Shown in pieces: positions 25,576 to 64,000 of a stretch of DNA of 64,000 nt (its first letter is position 1; every line of letters starts with the position of its first letter). The position numbers and the translations under genes were made by a program. Below the pieces are notes generated by a model. It was given only the letters and a program-made list of their open reading frames with translations, searched no databases and was not told the origin of the DNA. The stretch is from the NCBI GenBank assembly GCA_964188305.1, contig OZ076886.1, one strand, 5' to 3'. The stretch comes from Podarcis bocagei (Eukaryota).

Positions 25576-25914
25576 CCACTTCATATTTTTCCCCTCTTAA
25601 CCGCATCTAGTTCCCTGCCCCTCTCAGCAGCAGAATCGTTAAACCACGTCTGCTACCTTCCTCCTAGGACTAAGGGACTCTGCTTCACATTTCACATAAC
25701 AGCCCACAGCATTACTACACTGGGGAATACTAGGGTTGAATTACCACTCATTGTTCAATGCTAGTTAGAACATATTCTTAGGAATGAGTTGCCTGTATTT
25801 CTATTTAAACTGGATTATATTTTCACCTGGAATTACTGGGATTGGCAAGAAGGCATCTATCATGTCAGATTATTACTTAATGAATTACTGCCATGCGTTT
25901 CCAAAGAGGTAATA

Positions 25915-26012
25915 AACTGTTGCAGCAAAAACAGCAGTGTTGCTGCAACTTTAAAGACTACGCAATTAATTATAGTCGCTTTCATGGACTAGAGCCCACT
26001 TCAGCAGATGAA
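25915..26012 (-). mobile_element. Degenerate PLE terminal fragment
   Basis: Minus strand catctgctgaagtgggctctagtccatgaaagc ... gtagtctttaaagttgc. Confidence 0.55.
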
Positions 26013-29000
26013 TGGAAAATTACCCCAAGTTGGCAGGTGTAAAAATATATACATTATAAATATATATACAATGTTAGCTGTGTGGTCAGATCACCATCTT
26101 CTGTACTGCTGCCACAGTGGTAGACCAACTAGGTTGGGTGTCCTTCTGAATTTTGGGAAACGAATGAATTCCAGTATACTTAAGAACTGTTCCATTGATG
26201 GGCTGGTGGACCTCAAACATTGACATAGTGGAAAGCAAACATGATGTCCTCCTGCTGCTCTGGCTCAGGTTTCTGATACAAGGGAAAGCTAAGGATATTG
26301 AATGATAAACAAACTACTGTGGAAAGTTTATGTAATATCAGGTTAATATGCTTAAAAAAACCATGTACCACAGCACTCTATCAATACATGAAAATGCACA
26401 TTCTGTACTTTAAATCACTTCCTTACATCTCTATAATGTATTCATTACAGTAGTGGGTGAAAGCCAAAGTAGTTGGGTGACATCCAATTGTGGCAGCCTA
26501 CTAGCACATATATTCTGCTATCAGGAGCACCATTCTTCATATAGCACAACAGCCAAATTCAGAGGGGGCTTAGGCCTGTAGGAGATTTGTGCTTAGTTTT
26601 TTAGGTGCTGTTACAATACATCTGCTTGCACACTACCACTAACTCTCCCACTCCTTGCATGAACATGTTGGAAAATAAAATACCCTGTAAAGAGCAAGGT
26701 TGGTAAATGTGCTAGAATTATATGCCAGGGCAAACAGAATGAGGTAGCCTGAGAAACAAGGTGCCCTTTAAATCTTGGGTTCAGCAGATGCTGCCTACAC
26801 GCACGTGTAATATTCTCACCACAAGAGGTCTGTATTATTATAGACACACCACAGAATTTCCTCAGGAAACCCATATTTTCTACCAGACTAAATAGGCTGT
26901 TTGGCTGTGCTTTTCAACAAGAATGTGGCTTTTTAAAAAATGGACATGACCTTCCCCTCTTGGGTTATGTGATGGCTTTTGTTCTCTAGCTGAGATAGGA
27001 TTGTTAAAAATATTTCAGATCTTTGGAATAAAAGCAGCTGCAGAAATGAGTAATTTATCTTACCTCAAACCAAAGCCTTGATCTCGGGGAAAATTAGAAA
27101 GGGCTGAAGTAACAGTAGTATGAGTTTTTGCATGTTTACGGAACACTAAGTAGCAGGAAGAAGTAGCACAGAAACCTTTTCAGTCAAACCAGCTTTTGTG
27201 CTCCATAATGATTTTGTTAATTATGTATGAGACTTATTTCTGCCTCACTGATTTTAATCTTATCTGTGGCCTCCCTAGAAGTCTGCAGCAAAAAAGCAGA
27301 CATCACATCAAGTCATATTTGTAAGACATAGAAGACATCCCTTAAAGAATGGCTTTCTCTCCATATACAGCTTTACGTAGCTTGAATAGTTTTTCTGACT
27401 GAACCTCTTCTTCCTTTTACTACTCCTCCAATGTAGAGGTGGAGGGGGTTAATCTTTTTTCAGTCAGTGGTAGGAAAAGTAGATATTTTATTTATATATC
27501 ACTGAATTACAGTCCTCTCTAACCTGCGTAAAGAAACTCAACATAACAAAAAATGAGTAGTGTGTGCATATGCAGAAGACACCATCAATCCTTAGCCTTG
27601 CAAATTGCAAACTATTTTTTCTGATTCCCAGGGCAGTCAGTCATGTCCTTTCCCTGCACCCCTATAATTTCCTCTATATTGATCAATAGCTACCTTCACA
27701 GTAGTAATTTATTTTAAAGCATGCTTTCTAAACAAAGAAGTTACTAAACCCTAAAATTAAGGCTGCAATCCTGCACTTCCTTCCCCAGGAATAAGTCCCA
27801 TTGGGACTTACTTCTGACTAGATAAATACAGGACTGCACAGTAAGTTATCTTTAAACAGTTTAAAAAATAATTTTAAGGTTGATCTATGGATTTTACATT
27901 TTTCAGTCAAGAGTGCTGAACAAAAATGCATTTTTCCTGTCCTAAACCAGGGTTAAGTAGAAGGCAGAATTTCTTCTATTCTAGCCTTTAAGAACACAAA
28001 CTTGTTTAAGCAGATACCATATTTGGAAGAGATCTTGGTCAAGAAAAATAATCATAGGAGCAGCACATTCCTTTTCAGTCATGTGACTGGAAAAGCAAGC
28101 AAATAAACGTGCCCTAAAAGGCGGGGTAGAAATATATTAAATAAACGTGCATGCACACGCAGGAACACTCTCCCCATTATGTTAACATAAAATGTTACCA
28201 ACAGATGATAGCAAGTTGCAAGTGGTATAAGATTTGCAAAGCATCTTTCAAGACATTACATAAGACGACAAAAGGTTTTGCCATCAGAGCTTAAATCATA
28301 GGCAAGACACAGCAGGGGAGGGAAGTGAAAGGAAAGGGGTAGATGTCTGAGAACAGTTAGAAGATGCTAGTATAAAGAGAGGCACATTTTTTAAATCAGG
28401 AACTGTTATTTTTAAATACTTGTACCCCACCCTTCTCATACACCAGTATCAGTTAAGCTTACAATAAAAAACACTGATATATAAAAATAAAAAAGCTTAA
28501 AACCGGAAACAGGCTCAGCAGATAAAAATATTATAAACAAATAAAAGGAAGGAGCCAGCCAGATGTCAGGTGGTAAAGAATTCCAATGACAGGGAGCAGC
28601 AAGCAAGAAGAGGCAAGCTCAGGATATGGAGGATATAATCCTGTGGACATTACAGGAGCGAAGAGTGTGCTGCAAGAATGAAGGCATTTAAATGTTAACA
28701 GAAGAAATGTAAGTAGAATATAAAAAGAATTACCCAATATAAAAAGCAGAAACAAGCAGGAAACATAGCTATAGGGACAAGTTGAACAGATTATGAAGAA
28801 TCCAAGGAAGAAGAAAGAGGGAATATATGGGGAGCAAAGCAAAAGCAAGCTTACAAGTTGATGGCTCATCAATACCTAAAAATCAAGTTGTCAAAAAGTA
28901 TTTCATTTTTATGCATAGCTTCATTATTATTAATTTCAATTCTATAACACTACACATTTTAAAGAATAAAATATCAAAACAGTTAACAGTCTACAAACTT

Positions 29001-29545
29001 TGTACAAATTATACACGTAAAAGGAAGTGTTGCATAAAGTAGTTTAGTAAGCAGATGATATGGTATTATTCAGGATGCTAAAAGTCATAGCAGACTTCAA
29101 AGATTTCCAGTGGGAAACAGGATGGACTTTTTGTCTGATCCAGCGTATCACTTTCTATGTCAATTTCCACAGAGGTAGCAAATGTGTATGTACTGACAAA
29201 AACACCTCCTATATTTGGCATAGCACCCACTATGTCTACAAATATGCACGTACTTTTCTTTTAGCAGAAGCTGGCTGACTCAAGAAAACATCCACGTCTC
29301 AAACCAAAATAAGCTCAGATCCAGATGAGAAAAATTCAACCTTAGTTTTAAAGCATTTCAATGTTTCTAGATTTGAAACTGTAGTTCTTGTGACCTGTTG
29401 CTTATCACAGAGAGCTCCTGACAGTTAACCTTCCTTTTAAAAATGTAGCTGAACTGCTGGAGTGAAATACCAAGTCTGAGCCAAGTAAGGAAAAAACCTT
29501 AGCTATTCAATATTTTCAGAAAAGGAATACACAATGACGTTTTGT

Positions 29546-31072
29546 TTTATTTTATGAGGAAGTTAGAAAACACACATATAATGAAATTTTCTTTACAAAG
29601 ACCTTGTATTCATTCTAAAACTGAAAATGACAGGTATAGAAAGAATTAAGTATCTTCTCAAATGAAATGTTTCCAATAGCATGGCTTCTCAAAGTAGTTC
29701 CCATTGCAAAGTATTTAACAGCACAATCGTGCCCCTGCTAATCTCCTCACCTTCCCATGAATTCTTACAGCCCAGTGAAAGTGTTTTAGATTTTCTTTTA
29801 AAAACAAAACAGCTACAGTCCTACCACATGGCAAGTCAAAGCTGTTGAATAGTGAAGCATAAAATCAGTACAACACATGTCATTAATCTGGCAAAATATT
29901 TTGGGAAGTCCAACACAGTTAAAGGCAATTCATGCTTTGAAAAACACATGAGCTTGTTTTGGTGTTCCAGTTTATTAAATTTAGAGCCTGATTTATTTAG
30001 ATCAATGTACATTTTACATATTAAAATTAGATTTTGCCCCATAGCATCACACTCTTCTACAAGACAGACATTTCAAAACTGGACTAATTTTCAGCTCCAA
30101 TTATTACTGCCATTGTTTACACAGTGACGCAATAATAAAGGCAAAATTACAAGAATTTGAGAAAAGTTCTCTCATAAATGTTAATGTGATAAGAAGTGGA
30201 AAACAGAACAGCTTTGGAACCAGGCAGAGTTAGACCAAGTTCTCAGTTAAGTGTCTACAGGTCAGAGACTGTCTCAAGTAGGCTACCATATTCTGATACA
30301 ATAGCTACCAACATTGGAGGTGATTGACAAACTATTTTCTCATATGCCGACACAGAAAAATGGGGGGAAATAATTAAAGAATATATATACACACACATTC
30401 ACAATAAGCTTGACTAATTCTGTACTTCCCTTTCTCATGTAATGGAAGTACGATTTCTCTCATTAAATAATAAGTTCAATTTTTTAAAAAAACTTTTTTT
30501 GCTAATTCCTAAAACCAGACATGTATAGAAAACTTATTTAAATCTTCCAAATTTCTCATTTTGCAGGAAAATATACAGACACTACTTTTGTTATCCTTAT
30601 GCATCGAAGTCCATTAAGAGTTTAAGTACTCACAATTTCCAGGCCATTTATATGGGTCTAGAAGTTCACATGCCTCTCACTGATCTATCTTGGAATGGGA
30701 GGAAGATGGGCAAGGGAGGTTTTTTCTATGCGAGGTGGGAAACTTCAACCTTTGTTGAAGTACAACTACCACCCCCTGTTTAAGATTTTTCAAGCTGAGC
30801 TTATACTAGTTGTCCATAAAAGTTGTAACTGACTTTATTCTGTATACTTAGAAGCACACAATTTTTTTAAAAAAACTTTAATTATGCCCTCCTGAAACTG
30901 TTGTAAACTGCGCAGAAAAGGACCCCCTGACAAAAGTAATATTGATCTTTAAAAAAATCCAGCATGACTACATTAAAAAATGTAATTTACAATAAGCAGT
31001 GTAAATAGCAAAGATAAACAGAAACGACAAGTTTCACAAATGAAAACTGGCAGACATATTTACTCCAAATAT
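29546..31072 (-). other. DDX46: DDX46 3' UTR with candidate AATAAA signals at 30834-30839, 29971-29976 and 29546-29551
   Basis: AT-rich repeat-free sequence after the stop; tttatt hexamers on the plus strand. Confidence 0.5.
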
Positions 31073-62056
<30,984 letters not shown>

Positions 62057-62279
62057 CTGTGGTAGCAACAGAATGGTCAAGATATACAACACCAAAATTG
62101 GAGTTTAGCGTACACAATCACAAATGTTTTCAAAGAATACAATCTTTAGAGCTTTTAAAAAGGTTAAAAATTAGCTCTTGACTTATCTTCACATGCTGGA
62201 CAAGGACTGAGGAGGCACAGCTGCAAATCCCACTCAACCATGCATGAGCCAGTCTCTCTTAGTCTAATCTACTTTTACA

Positions 62280-62410
62280 GGCGGGTGAGCGATTGTTGAT
62301 AATTCCCCCCCCCCAAAAAAAAGCTCAACACGTCTGGGCAATACCCCCCCCCATTTCCTCAATTTGGAGTCTCAAAAAATAGGGGTCGTGTTACACATGG
62401 AAAAATACGG
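62280..62410. mobile_element. Truncated Tc2/pogo-like element (right end only)
   Basis: gggtcgtgttacacatggaaaaatacgg-TA terminus. Confidence 0.5.
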
Positions 62411-64000
62411 TAAATAAGATAAAATTCAGAACTCATAAGAGGGGCTGACAATGTCATTTTGGTTATTCGAGCTCTATTATTTTGTATTTAAAGTATTTCC
62501 TTTTCAAATGGAAGCATGGCTCAGAGCAAAGAAGCATAACAATAATAGAAGGAAAGCAGTTTAGGAGTTAATAAAACAGTGAGTAAAAGCAAAAATAAAT
62601 GATAAACTAACATCCTTTGAACCATTTCCAGGCAACTAACTATTAACACTGTTAATTTCTAGGGCTGTAATGTCCTGTAGATTATAAATTAGGACAGAAG
62701 ATAACATTAGCCAGTTGTTGGCAGCTTGATCAAGCAATCCAATCTCTGGATAATTGTATACTCAGCCCCTAAATTACAATGGGACAGCCATTCATGTCAG
62801 CGTTGCCTATTGTTTAATTTTTAGATGGGGTAGACAGAAATAATGCAGTAGAAACAGTAGTATTTTTATGCCCAAAATGTTAAGAATTGTACTTTCCCTC
62901 TCCCATATATCATAAATTAGAAGTATTGGGTTAATATCCAAAATACATGCCAAACATTCTCAAGAGAGCCACTAGCACCCTATAACACAGTTAAAGCTGC
63001 TAAGCAAATCATACCAAGAAAATGAAACATAGGGTGAAAAGAGTAAAGTAGTACTTAAAACACTGCAACCTAAATAAATATCTTGCTAAAACCTTTTGTG
63101 GAACTGAAAATATAGAAAAATTAAAGAACTGTATCTTGTAGTACTATGAAAAACTGGCAGGTCCCAGCACTGTTTTCTTCCTTTGCAACAAATGCACTTC
63201 ATCTTGAGCAGGAAGAACCCACAGATGTTAGAAAAGAATAGGGGCCCTGTGAATATCCAAATTGGGCCCCATAGAGATATACTGAAAAAGGATGAGAACT
63301 TTACTAACACAATCATTAACATAGTACATCTGAGCTTAGAAAGTGTGAGATCAAAAAGTATTATTTTAAATAGGGTAACTCACTGTTTTTGTTTGGACAC
63401 CTGTTGCTTTGTTGATCTAAGGAAATGAGAGAGATTAAGATAAGCAAGGTGAAACCACCTACTAAACCAGCATGAAACCTTTCACACTATGTGACATAAA
63501 TGGTCCAGACTCATGCCATGCAATGCTGGGATTTTCCCTAATGTCATGAAACCATGTGTTACTGTGAAAGTCATTACAAGCTTATTACATAAGTCTTCAA
63601 ATCATGTTCCATGCCAGTCAAGAGTTTTCTTTCATTTGGTCCAAGAAGCATTACACTGGTTTTTAAGAAATGGCTAATATGGGAATCCATTTGCCTTGAG
63701 GCCAAGCTTCACCTGTACAAGACAACCAATCTGCAGAAATTGTTCCAAGAGTATAAATAATTTCCAGGGCAAACCATAGAGATGTTGGAAAAGAGAGAGG
63801 TCCAAATATTATAAGAATTGTCAGTAATCAGCTATGAATTCCCAAGCACAAAATACACACGTTGTCCATTAAAACATATACACATATATATATGCATACA
63901 CACACTATTTCAATTCAACATACATGCAGGTAGAGACACAATCACCTGTTGTATTTTTTTTTTTTAGTATGGAACACAGTTAAAAACACACACATGCACA

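Noticed and set aside
28531-28872. 113-aa hydrophobic ORF as a membrane protein
   Set aside because: Antisense of a purine-rich, degraded LINE-like tract; no recognisable family or splice context

Overview
Vertebrate genomic DNA from a squamate reptile, most likely a lacertid lizard, judging by Sauria/Squam SINEs, CR1/L2 ends and reptile Penelope-type termini. It carries the conserved block DDX46 - C5orf24 - TXNDC15, all on the minus strand. DDX46 (Prp5 DEAD-box helicase) exons 2-23 span 62056 to 31073 and include one GC-AG intron; exon 1 is outside the window. C5orf24 has a CpG-island first exon (~22570-22174), a single coding exon (14278-13712) and a ~4 kb 3' UTR. TXNDC15 is present as exons 1-3 and runs off the left edge. 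Introns and intergenic DNA hold many TA-flanked Tc1/mariner/pogo-type MITEs, SINEs, LINE ends and microsatellites. The most striking observation is three near-identical 104-148 bp inserts, each with a 10-12 bp target-site duplication and a minimal type I hammerhead-ribozyme motif of the Penelope kind. One has an intact core just upstream-antisense of the C5orf24 promoter, one has an intact core downstream of its poly(A) signal, and one has a core mutation and lies sense inside a DDX46 intron. Other leads are RFX X-boxes at the ciliary gene TXNDC15, an in-frame ACG array in the C5orf24 leader, a candidate poison exon in DDX46, and a perfect 27-bp inverted repeat. Repeat-family names and human orthologue comparisons come from recognition and memory, not database searches; exon numbering follows the human gene as recalled.
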